Of a stretch of 32,000 bases of DNA, positions 20,115 through 28,705 are shown in pieces. The translations under genes were made by a program, and so were the position numbers. Source of the stretch: an archaeon (GTDB lineage Archaea; Asgardarchaeota; Thorarchaeia; Thorarchaeales; Thorarchaeaceae); assembly GCA_024275415.1 (NCBI GenBank), contig JAJRZD010000020.1, positions 57,821 to 89,820 on the forward strand. Reading direction: 5' to 3'. Numbering within the stretch: position 1 is the first letter of the stretch; every line of letters begins with the position of its first letter. The notes beneath the pieces are model-generated. The model was not told the DNA's origin, ran no database searches, and saw only the letters and a list, made by a program, of their open reading frames with translations.

Positions 20115-21296
20115 GTGCCGTGGTGGGACGATTACGTGTCATTGCATTATGATTTCATGACAGACAGACCTCTCGATGATATCAAGGTCACTGCACATCA
20201 CCTCTATGAAGAGCCACCTTACGATGGGATTCTCGTTTCCAAGGTGAAGATAGAGGACAACAAGAAGCGCCTGAAAGAAGTTATCGACAAAGGGATTCAT
20301 GCATTCCTCGAGTTCGAGGGGCCCATATTTGGCGATTGTGGAGCTTTTGGGTATATCAACGAGAGAACCCCACCATTCGATCCAGCTGATATCGCAGACT
20401 ATTACAACTCAATAGGATTCGATTATGGCGTAAGTGTGGATCATCTAATTGTGCCAGCAGTCGATGATGAAAAGGAGTACCGCTTCGATATTACGCTCAA
20501 GAATGCAGAGAGGTTCCTCCGGCGGCATAAGGAGAAAGAATATGATTTCGTTCCTGTCGGGGCTGCGCAAGGATGGAACGCTCGTTCGTACAAGAGCGCG
20601 GTTCACGAGCTACTTGATATGGGCTATGAGTACATTGCAATTGGTGGGCTGACAAGATCACAGACACCGGAAGTCCTACGAGTGATGCGTGCAGTAAAGG
20701 AAGAGGTTGGGGCACAGAAAAACATCGGGATACACCTATTTGGTGTTGCAAGGTTGAATGCATTGCTCGAGCTGCGGTCGTTGGGATTGACCTCATTCGA
20801 TTCTGCGTCGCATCTTAGAAGAGCTTGGCTTGGCGCCAATTCGAACTACATTACTGCGAATGGACAGGGATACGCTGCATTGCGAGTACCTCAGTCGGAC
20901 AGAAGTCCGAAAGCAAAGAAAATCATCGACACACGAGGGATATCCCTCGAAGAGCTGAAGGCATACGAAGAAGCTTGTCTGACACTGATTAGATCATATG
21001 ATAGGGGAGAGGCAGAGATAGATGAGGTGCTGGAGGCCCTTCTGTGGTATGACAACCTCATGGACGATTCAAGAAATCATGGAGCCCATTACAAAAGAAC
21101 CTTGACCGATATGCCATGGCAGAAGTGCGATTGTCGAATATGTAAAGAGTGGGGAGTCGAAGTAATAATATTCAGAGGGAACAACAGGAACAGAAGAAGA
21201 GGCTTTCATAATACGAGGATATTCTATGACCAGTTTCGAAAACTACTTGCAGAAGACAGAACGGTCGATATGCAGCAACGCCTCGATGGACTCTGA
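20115..21296 (+). CDS. dpdA: DpdA-like 7-deazaguanine transglycosylase (TGT superfamily, no PUA domain)
   Basis: (YFV)PWWDDYV..YDF, PPYDGILVS, GDCGAF (catalytic Asp position), GVSVDHL, GAAQGW, IAIGGL, HLFG, SFDSAS (second Asp) and the Zn site CxCxxC-x21-H with RGNNRNRRRGFHN. The true start is probably upstream of 20115. Confidence 0.85.
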   Translation: MPWWDDYVSLHYDFMTDRPLDDIKVTAHHLYEEPPYDGILVSKVKIEDNKKRLKEVIDKGIHAFLEFEGPIFGDCGAFGYINERTPPFDPADIADYYNSIGFDYGVSVDHLIVPAVDDEKEYRFDITLKNAERFLRRHKEKEYDFVPVGAAQGWNARSYKSAVHELLDMGYEYIAIGGLTRSQTPEVLRVMRAVKEEVGAQKNIGIHLFGVARLNALLELRSLGLTSFDSASHLRRAWLGANSNYITANGQGYAALRVPQSDRSPKAKKIIDTRGISLEELKAYEEACLTLIRSYDRGEAEIDEVLEALLWYDNLMDDSRNHGAHYKRTLTDMPWQKCDCRICKEWGVEVIIFRGNNRNRRRGFHNTRIFYDQFRKLLAEDRTVDMQQRLDGL

Positions 21297-21328
21297 GAGT
21301 TTCGTGACCGGAAAGAAGATGAACCAAC

Positions 21329-21872
21329 ATGAAAGCACAGGTGAGTCACTGGTTCGACGGCCCGGTAGTATTAGAATTCACAAGAAAAGACCTCAAGAAG
21401 TGGAAGCCATCTGATATGCCGATTCTTTTTGTGCCTTGCTCGAAGTACAAGCCGATACAGGAATCAAAGTCACAAGCAGATGTCCCATAGGTTCCGCAAT
21501 ATCTGTGACATGCGTATACTTTCAGAACCACTCACAGTCATCCCATACGAATGGCATGAATATCCATTCTACGAGTATCCCCCAAGGGCACTTTGGAGAA
21601 TCAATGGCGAGTCTGATAAGTTCAAGGAGCGATTGGTAAGGTTCCTCAAGAAGAACAGGCTAAATAAGTTGGGCTGCCTTTTCTTCACTCTACATCATCA
21701 CTTGATGATACTCTGGCCTTCATGGGAAGAGGCATTTGGAAACATCAACAGTCTGTTCGGTTATGCGTACACATATGCTACCAGATGGTTCTTCTTGCAG
21801 AAGATGGAACAATTGATTGACGGACTCCAGCCTAGGACGGGCGGTAAGCGCCCCTCTCTCGTGCCCATTTGA
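21329..21872 (+). pseudogene. ArcS-like DUF5591-domain gene split by a +1 frame break near 21470 (pseudogene, assembly error or recoding)
   Basis: Frame A (21329-21490) reads MKAQVSHWFDG...ILFVPCSKYKPIQESKS. Frame B from 21471 reads HKQM..FRNICDMRILSEPLTVIPYEW..YPFYEYP..LW..F..RL..FLKK. Joined, they give the PCSxxKPxxxSKSH...SEPLxxxP signature of the archaeosine synthase DUF5591 domain. Confidence 0.75.
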
Positions 21873-23232
21873 TGGTATCGGGGTCACATCGTTTGAGCTC
21901 ACGTTCGGGAAAATCACTCAGCAGGTTCCAGCCGATATCAAGAGTCTGATCGAATGATCTGTCTTCGAATTCTCCTTGTCCGATGAACTCTTCCTCAAAC
22001 CGATCCGCGAACCGCAGGTACTTCTGGTCACGATCAGTCAGTGCCTCCGAACCTACGACTGCTACCAAGTCTCGCAAGTCACGTCCTTCAGAGTAGGCAT
22101 AGTAGAGCTGTGCCTGAATCTCCTTATGGTCAAAGCGAGTCATTCCTTCACCGATACCTTCCTTCATGAGCCTGCTAAGAGAAGGTCCTGGGTCAATTGG
22201 GGGATAGATACCCCTGCGATGCAAACCTCGACCGACAATCATCTGACCTTCTGTAATATATCCTGAAAGGTCTGGAATAGGGTGGGTCATATCGTCTTGC
22301 GGCATGGAGAGAATCGGCATCTGCGTGATGGTTCCCTTCCTGCCATTGATACGACCTGCACGCTCGTAGATTAGACTCAAGTCGGTGTAGAGATATCCAG
22401 GATAACCTCGGCGCCCAGGAATCTCTGAGCGGGCCGCGCTAATCTCTCGCAGTGCTTCGGCATAGTTGGTCATATCTGTAAGGATGACAAGAACATGCAT
22501 ATCAGATTCGTAAGCAAGATATTCTGCTGCTGTAAGTGTCGCACGCGGTGTGATGATTCGTTCGATAGCAGGGTCATTTGCAAGATTCAGGAAGAGTGTG
22601 GTATGTTCGAGAGCTCCGGTTTCTTCGAATGAGTTGATAAAGTACTGTGCCTCTGTGGCAGTAATTCCCATCGCTCCAAAGACAATTGCAAAATCACCCT
22701 CTTCTCCGGGAATCTTAGCCTGACGGACAATCTGTGCTGCAATCCTATTGTGTGGTAGCCCTGATCCCGAGAAGATAGGGAGTTTCTGACCTCTCACGAG
22801 CGTGTTCAACCCATCGATGACTGAGAGACCAGTTTGGATTGGCTGCCGGGGATACTGCCGAGCATATGGGTTGATGGGAGAGCCGTAGATGTCCCAGTGA
22901 TCTTCGGCTGTAAGAGGAGGTCCTTTGTCGAGAGGATTGCCCGCCCCATCCAGAACACGTCCCAAGATCTCGGAAGAAACAGGAAGCTTCATCGTTTCAC
23001 CAGTGAATCGGGCAGCAGTCACCTCTGCATCGAGACCACTTGTTCCCTCAAACACTTGGATGACCGCCCTTCCACGACCCGTTTCCAAGACGGTTCCCGT
23101 CAAAAGGTCGCCATTTGGCGCTCGAATCTTTACGACCTCGTTATAGGCTACGTTGTGAGTTTGTTCAACAATTAGTAATGGACCACTGACATCGGATACC
23201 GTCCGATATTCGATAGAGGACTTGTTCGACAT
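21832..23232 (-). CDS. atpB: A/V-type ATP synthase subunit B
   Basis: [52 protein letters not shown] and THPIPDL. Confidence 0.97.
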   Translation of the reverse strand: MSNKSSIEYRTVSDVSGPLLIVEQTHNVAYNEVVKIRAPNGDLLTGTVLETGRGRAVIQVFEGTSGLDAEVTAARFTGETMKLPVSSEILGRVLDGAGNPLDKGPPLTAEDHWDIYGSPINPYARQYPRQPIQTGLSVIDGLNTLVRGQKLPIFSGSGLPHNRIAAQIVRQAKIPGEEGDFAIVFGAMGITATEAQYFINSFEETGALEHTTLFLNLANDPAIERIITPRATLTAAEYLAYESDMHVLVILTDMTNYAEALREISAARSEIPGRRGYPGYLYTDLSLIYERAGRINGRKGTITQMPILSMPQDDMTHPIPDLSGYITEGQMIVGRGLHRRGIYPPIDPGPSLSRLMKEGIGEGMTRFDHKEIQAQLYYAYSEGRDLRDLVAVVGSEALTDRDQKYLRFADRFEEEFIGQGEFEDRSFDQTLDIGWNLLSDFPERELKRCDPDTIKWARERGAYRPS

Positions 23233-23329
23233 TGTAAAATCCGCCTATGAGTAGGAATACGAGTTGTAGACCGAGAATAGAGGCGTCTAGTTTTAAGACT
23301 TGCGAATTCGTGTGAAGCCCAATAGAAGG

Positions 23330-23848
23330 TCAGAGAATTGAGGAAACGTATACGAAGGAAAGCACAGCAGCAAGGATAACACCTCGCACCATCAACGAGT
23401 GCCCTCTGGACTTGAGGTCATTCGAAGTTGGATTGAAGTATAGGATTGCACCGACCACTATGCAGATTGCCATGACACCATCACCAAACAGGACTAGCAG
23501 GGACAGGAATTCACCTTCAAGCATACCGAAGAAGCTGAGGAATGCGGCCGTGGCATCTGCTTCCGTAATAGGGTCAACACCGATGAAGCCGGCCAGAAAG
23601 TTAGCTGTCATAGGTCCTGCAAAGAAAAGGAAGACTCCGAAAAGGACTAGGCTCTTGGCAGTGCCATCACTCAATCCTGTGGCATATACCATGAAACCAA
23701 GGAGAACGAGGATGAGATATCCATGCAGTGCAAATGCATATGCAATGCTGAGAAGCGTGCGAAGGGCATTAAAATATCCTGCAAGATCAGGATCGGAACT
23801 GAGTTGCAGCATCAGAATCAATGTATCTTCACGAAGCATATCCTTCAC
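23330..23848 (-). CDS. Small polytopic membrane protein
   Basis: Four to five hydrophobic helices and an apparent internal duplication of a hairpin. Confidence 0.7.
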   Translation of the reverse strand: MKDMLREDTLILMLQLSSDPDLAGYFNALRTLLSIAYAFALHGYLILVLLGFMVYATGLSDGTAKSLVLFGVFLFFAGPMTANFLAGFIGVDPITEADATAAFLSFFGMLEGEFLSLLVLFGDGVMAICIVVGAILYFNPTSNDLKSRGHSLMVRGVILAAVLSFVYVSSIL

Positions 23849-23883
23849 AGTACAATGTCAGCGCCATCCAATTTAACCGCCAC

Positions 23884-24453
23884 TTATCGTAACTCTGCCT
23901 TCAACTTTTGGAAATCCTGGTGCATGAGAGCTCGCGTCTTGGGAAATCGAAGAGCAGCAGCAGGATGATAAGTGAGAAAATAGGTCAGTCCTTTAGCCTC
24001 GTGGAATCTCCCATGAGCCTCGCTAAGACGCCACGGACCTATGACTGACGATATCGCCACACTTCCAAGAAGTACTATGATCTTGGGAGAAACGATCTCA
24101 ATTTGATTGTCAAGGAAATACATGCATTTGCCAATCTCATCTCTATGAGGGGTTCTATTCCTCGGCGGACGGGACTTTAACACGGAAGTGATGAATACTT
24201 CCTCACGTTGCAGTCCTATCTCATTCAGCATCTCTGTCAGAAGGCTACCGGATCGCCCAACGAATGGACGACCCGTCATATCCTCTTGGGCACCCGGAGC
24301 CTCACCAATGAACATGACTTTAGCATCGAGAGGACCTTCACCTGGCACTGCCTTTGTTCGGGATGTGTGCAGAGAACATCGTGTGCAGGATGCAATCTCA
24401 TCATGTAGTGCTTTCAATGCTTTTTTGCGATTCATCATATTCAAGAAGAGCAC
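23884..24453 (-). CDS. udg: Family-4 uracil-DNA glycosylase (Fe-S)
   Basis: CTRCSL, VPGEG, FIGEAPG, GRPFVGRSG, RPPRNR.P and TYHPAA. Confidence 0.93.
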   Translation of the reverse strand: MLFLNMMNRKKALKALHDEIASCTRCSLHTSRTKAVPGEGPLDAKVMFIGEAPGAQEDMTGRPFVGRSGSLLTEMLNEIGLQREEVFITSVLKSRPPRNRTPHRDEIGKCMYFLDNQIEIVSPKIIVLLGSVAISSVIGPWRLSEAHGRFHEAKGLTYFLTYHPAAALRFPKTRALMHQDFQKLKAELR

Positions 24454-24492
24454 TTCGGTATATAAGGCTCCATAGCATTGTGGATGTGTGCT

Positions 24493-26295
24493 TTAAGCAC
24501 TGGGGACAATTGCTCCAGCCTCATGTATCTCCTTGTATAATGCTTCGAACTCTTTCTCCATCTTGGACTCGATAGCATCCATTGTAGCGTCGTAGCTGTC
24601 CCATGGCGCAATCTTCATCCGAGCGATGTTATCGAGGCAACTGAACTCAAGGATTCGTCGCACACTGACTCCCATATTCACTGCTTCAGCCATCTTTCTT
24701 GAGAAGTTGATGATGATCCTGAGCATTCGATAGGTCTTTCTGATCGGGCAGAAAGTATCAATCTCGTGGATGGCACTTTGAGTAAGGAAGTCTTCCTTAA
24801 TCATTCGTGCAGCCTCAAGGGTAGCACGTTCCGATTCTGGTAGTGCGTCAGGACCTACAAGCTGGACAATCTCTCTAAGCTCTTGATCCTTCTGTAAGAG
24901 CGCCATTGCTTCTTTAACCAATAGTGGCCAATCTTCACCGAGCTCTTTCTTGTGCCAAGATTCCAAGTTGCCATGATAAAGCGAATAGCTGGTGAGAGCA
25001 TTGATAGCAGGGAAGAACCGCCTTGCAGCAAGGTCTTTGTCTAGTGCCCAGAACACCTTCACAATTCGCAGTGTTGCTTGCGTGACAGGCTCTGAGAAGT
25101 CACCACCAGGTGGTGAAACAGCACCACAGAGAGTAATCGAACCAGTTCGGTCCTCAGACCCAAGTGTCTTAACTCTGCCTCCACGCTCATAGAATTGAGC
25201 CAATCTTGAGCCGAGATATGCGGGATACCCTTCCTCGGAGGGAAGCTGTCCTAGACGGCCTGAAATCTCTCGCAATGCTTCTGCCCAACGAGAGGTCGAA
25301 TCAGCCATCAATGCAACATCATAGCCTTGATCCCGGAAGTACTCGGCGATGGTCACAGCCACATAGATAGATGCCTCTCGTGCAGCAACAGGCATATTGG
25401 ATGTGTTTGCAATGAGGACTGTGCGCTCCATGAGAGGTCTACCGCTCTGTGGGTCGTTAAGATGAGGCCACTCCTCAAGGGCTTCGGTCATCTCATTTCC
25501 GCGCTCGCCACATCCTACATATACAACGACTTGAGCGTCAGCCCATTTTGCAAACTGATGAAGGGTGACAGTCTTTCCAGTGCCAAATCCACCAGGAATC
25601 GCTCCCGTTCCACCTTTTGCTTGAGGCATGAATGTATCGATAACACGCTGACCGGTGATAAGCGGTATCTCAAGAGGGACACGTTCCTTGAACGGGCGTC
25701 CGACACGGACAGGAGTCTTTTGCATCATGATGACATCATGGACATCTCCATGTTCGTCCTTGACCTTACAGATTGGTTCAACAATGGTATACTCGCCTTT
25801 GGACACGATTTCGACGATCTCGCCTTGTATTCCATGAGGAATCAGTATCTTTGAAGTGATAATACCTGTTTCGGGAACTACGCCAATAACGTCACCAGGT
25901 TCGACCTTATCTCCAACCTTGACAGAAGGATTGAATTCCCATTTCTTTTCTCTATCGAGCCCCTCAATCGTCAAACCACGTGTTATGAAATCTCCAGAGA
26001 GGTTCTTGAGCCCTGGGAGAGGACGTTGAATCCCATCATATATGGAGCCAAGAAGACCAGGGCCTAGCTCTACAGACAGTGCGTCACCAGTTGAAACGAC
26101 CGGTTCCCCAGGGGACACGCCAGATGTTTCCTCATAGACCTGAGCTGTGAACTCTTCATCACCGACCTCGATCACTTCACCAATGAGTTGTTCATTTCCT
26201 ACACGGACGACTTCATACATACGCACACCTGGGATTCCTGAACATCGTACGACAGGACCGGCGATACTTTCAATTTTTCCAGTAGTTTTGGTCAT
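24493..26295 (-). CDS. atpA: A/V-type ATP synthase subunit A (no intein)
   Basis: Walker A GGFGTGKT, YVGCGERGNEM, DSTSRWAEALRE, EEGYPAYL and VSPPGGD. ATG 26295 follows GAGGAG; the track's 26346 start overlaps atpF. Confidence 0.97.
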   Translation of the reverse strand: MTKTTGKIESIAGPVVRCSGIPGVRMYEVVRVGNEQLIGEVIEVGDEEFTAQVYEETSGVSPGEPVVSTGDALSVELGPGLLGSIYDGIQRPLPGLKNLSGDFITRGLTIEGLDREKKWEFNPSVKVGDKVEPGDVIGVVPETGIITSKILIPHGIQGEIVEIVSKGEYTIVEPICKVKDEHGDVHDVIMMQKTPVRVGRPFKERVPLEIPLITGQRVIDTFMPQAKGGTGAIPGGFGTGKTVTLHQFAKWADAQVVVYVGCGERGNEMTEALEEWPHLNDPQSGRPLMERTVLIANTSNMPVAAREASIYVAVTIAEYFRDQGYDVALMADSTSRWAEALREISGRLGQLPSEEGYPAYLGSRLAQFYERGGRVKTLGSEDRTGSITLCGAVSPPGGDFSEPVTQATLRIVKVFWALDKDLAARRFFPAINALTSYSLYHGNLESWHKKELGEDWPLLVKEAMALLQKDQELREIVQLVGPDALPESERATLEAARMIKEDFLTQSAIHEIDTFCPIRKTYRMLRIIINFSRKMAEAVNMGVSVRRILEFSCLDNIARMKIAPWDSYDATMDAIESKMEKEFEALYKEIHEAGAIVPSA

Positions 26296-26323
26296 GACAA
26301 TTATCTCCTCTGCATTTGGGGGA

Positions 26324-26647
26324 TCACACATTGATTTCGATTCCAACGGCCCGACGTATTAGCTCTCTCAGCACAGTTTCATATGCACCAGTCGAGCCTT
26401 CTCTATCAGGGATAAGCAGAATCACAGGAACTGGAGCCTCTGAGAGCTCCAAAATGGTATCCTCCACCTGCATTGCAAGGGGCTCAGTGATGATAATCAA
26501 GCCCATTCTGGGGTCTCTGAAATAGTCAAGCAGGGCTTTTCGAATCTCATTTACATTGTTCGGAACAGAACTCTCTTGAACACCGACCATTCGGAAACCA
26601 GTGACTGTGTCACGGTCACCGATGATGGCTATCTTATCACTGACCAT
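26324..26647 (-). CDS. atpF: A/V-type ATP synthase subunit F
   Basis: KIAIIGDRDTVTGFRMVGV, GLIIITE and PVILLIP. Confidence 0.92.
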   Translation of the reverse strand: MVSDKIAIIGDRDTVTGFRMVGVQESSVPNNVNEIRKALLDYFRDPRMGLIIITEPLAMQVEDTILELSEAPVPVILLIPDREGSTGAYETVLRELIRRAVGIEINV

Positions 26648-26717
26648 TAGATACCACAGCCCACCAAGTTTATGATTCCAATAAAAAACATTTGCAATTT
26701 GCCTTTTGGCAGTATTT

Positions 26718-27215
26718 TTACTTGGTAAATTGCTCGATTATGTCAGTTTCTTCGATATGAGTCCAGCAATAATTGCATTTCAGCTTCATTGGTTGTTTGG
26801 ATAATACCTCATACTTGGGGGTAATTGGTTCTCGTTCCTTGTTCGTGACACATCGCACATTGGGGCATACGATGACATTGCTTATTGTCGAGGGGAGTTC
26901 GACCCTTGTCTTTTTCTCCACCTTCGAATCACGGATTGTGTTTATTGTTGCATTAGGAGCGACTAGTGCTATCTTAGCGACCTCGTTCTCAGCAAGGAAA
27001 CGATCCTCAAGCTTGACTATATCCTTTCGTTCGATTCGTGAGCTAGTTATGTTCATGGCCAGTGTCACTACAGACCCCTCGCCCCCAGTAATCCCGAGAA
27101 TTCGAAGGACATCAAGCGCATGACCAGCGGTGATATGATCGATGACAGTTCCATCTTTTATCTTGACTATGCGGATCTTTAATTCTGTTTCGTCCGGCAA
27201 AATATATACACCCAC
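26718..27215 (-). CDS. pyrI: Aspartate carbamoyltransferase regulatory subunit
   Basis: IKDGTVIDHI.AG, KDIVKLE, APNATIN.I and the Zn ligands CPNVRC...CNYC. The exact start is uncertain. Confidence 0.93.
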   Translation of the reverse strand: MGVYILPDETELKIRIVKIKDGTVIDHITAGHALDVLRILGITGGEGSVVTLAMNITSSRIERKDIVKLEDRFLAENEVAKIALVAPNATINTIRDSKVEKKTRVELPSTISNVIVCPNVRCVTNKEREPITPKYEVLSKQPMKLKCNYCWTHIEETDIIEQFTK

Positions 27216-27343
27216 GGGACAGTGGGCGGAAATCAGTTCGTTTTAGACCTTCCTCTTTGACGAACAAAAACCTCGACAAGAACAAAGGCGAAGGTTGATA
27301 TGTTCAGGAGTAATCATCGGGGATGACAAGCCGGTGAGAAGAA

Positions 27344-28687
27344 TTGGTCTTAGAGGGTCTAGGAAAATCTCTGAACTCAGCACTCAAACGCCTCTTTGGC
27401 GCGAATGTGATAGATGAGGAGCTGGTAAAGGAACTCGTGAAAGATATCCAACGTGCCCTGCTGGTCGCCGATGTTGATGTTTCACTTGTGATGGCAATCA
27501 CTGAGAGAGTGCGGAAACAGGCCCTTGACGAGAACCTTCCACGAGGCGTTTCCCGCCGTGAGCATATCATCAAGGTGGTATGGGATACATTAGCCTATTT
27601 CCTAGGAGAGAAGCCAATACCTCTGACTATTCGTCCTGGAAAGCCAAACTTGATCATGATGATAGGGATACAAGGTTCAGGGAAGACAACAACAATAGGA
27701 AAGCTCGCAAGGTATTATCAAAAGAGAGGTATCAGAACAGGTGTGATATGTGCAGACAACTTCAGGCCTGGTGCATACAGTCAGCTCAAACAACTCGCTG
27801 AGAGGTCTAATATCCCATTCTATGGCGATGAGAGTGAGAAGGATGCAGTCAAGCTTGCCAAGAAAGGATACAAGGAGATGAAGAAGAAGAATATGGAATT
27901 GATTCTCCTTGACACATCAGGAAGGCATCGGGAAGAGGTAGGACTCATCAAAGAGATGAAAGATATCGCTAAAGCAGTAAAACCACATGAGATTGTCCTA
28001 GTGATTGATGGGACTCTTGGGCAACAAGCGGGAGCGCAAGCTGCTGCGTTCAAGAAAGCCACTGAGATTGGCTCAATCGTTGTCACAAAACTTGATGGCA
28101 GTGCCAAAGGTGGAGGTGCACTGTCCGCGGTTGCTGCTACTGGGGCTCCAATCAAATTCATTGGAACTGGAGAAGGAATGGATGCGATTGAGCCATTCAA
28201 TCCTACCAAGTTCGTGGGAAGGCTCTTGGGCATGTCGGATATCCGTGGCTTGATCGAGAAGGTAAAGGAAGCCCAGATAGAGATTGATGAAGACGCCACA
28301 ATGCGCCTGATGAAGGGGAAGTTCACTCTTACAGACATGATGGCACAACTAAAACAATTGAAGAAGATGGGGCCAATCGGTAAGATCCTAGAGATGATGG
28401 GAATGAAATACAAACTTCCTGAAGGTATGGCCGAGGTTCAAGAGGAGAACCTGAAACGGTTCGAGGTCATCATGAACTCGATGACCAAACAGGAACTGGA
28501 CGAACCAAAGATCATCAAGTCGTCTCGTTTGAAACGAATAGCCAGAGGATCAGGAACCTCAGAAAGAGACGTGAGAGAACTCCTCAAGCAGTATGAGATG
28601 ATGAAGAAGATGATGAAACAGATGAGCAAGTCACGTCGAAGAGGAAGAGGTGGCTTTCCAGATATCCCCGGTCTGGCAGGGATGTAG
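27344..28687 (+). CDS. srp54: Signal recognition particle protein SRP54
   Basis: GIQGSGKTT, DTSGR, TKLDGSAKGGG and a Met-rich M domain with RIARGSG. Confidence 0.97.
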   Translation: MVLEGLGKSLNSALKRLFGANVIDEELVKELVKDIQRALLVADVDVSLVMAITERVRKQALDENLPRGVSRREHIIKVVWDTLAYFLGEKPIPLTIRPGKPNLIMMIGIQGSGKTTTIGKLARYYQKRGIRTGVICADNFRPGAYSQLKQLAERSNIPFYGDESEKDAVKLAKKGYKEMKKKNMELILLDTSGRHREEVGLIKEMKDIAKAVKPHEIVLVIDGTLGQQAGAQAAAFKKATEIGSIVVTKLDGSAKGGGALSAVAATGAPIKFIGTGEGMDAIEPFNPTKFVGRLLGMSDIRGLIEKVKEAQIEIDEDATMRLMKGKFTLTDMMAQLKQLKKMGPIGKILEMMGMKYKLPEGMAEVQEENLKRFEVIMNSMTKQELDEPKIIKSSRLKRIARGSGTSERDVRELLKQYEMMKKMMKQMSKSRRRGRGGFPDIPGLAGM

Positions 28688-28705
28688 ACTCTAGGTGTTC
28701 GGCAG

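Noticed and set aside
20115-21296. Calling the TGT the housekeeping archaeosine tRNA-guanine transglycosylase
   Set aside because: It is too short, has no PUA domain, and its motifs (PPYDGILVS, GAAQGW, RGNNRNRRRGFHN) fit the DpdA-like group.
21226-21414. 62-aa track ORF overlapping the dpdA end
   Set aside because: It has no recognisable content, and the real coding frame here is the DUF5591 5' segment from 21329.
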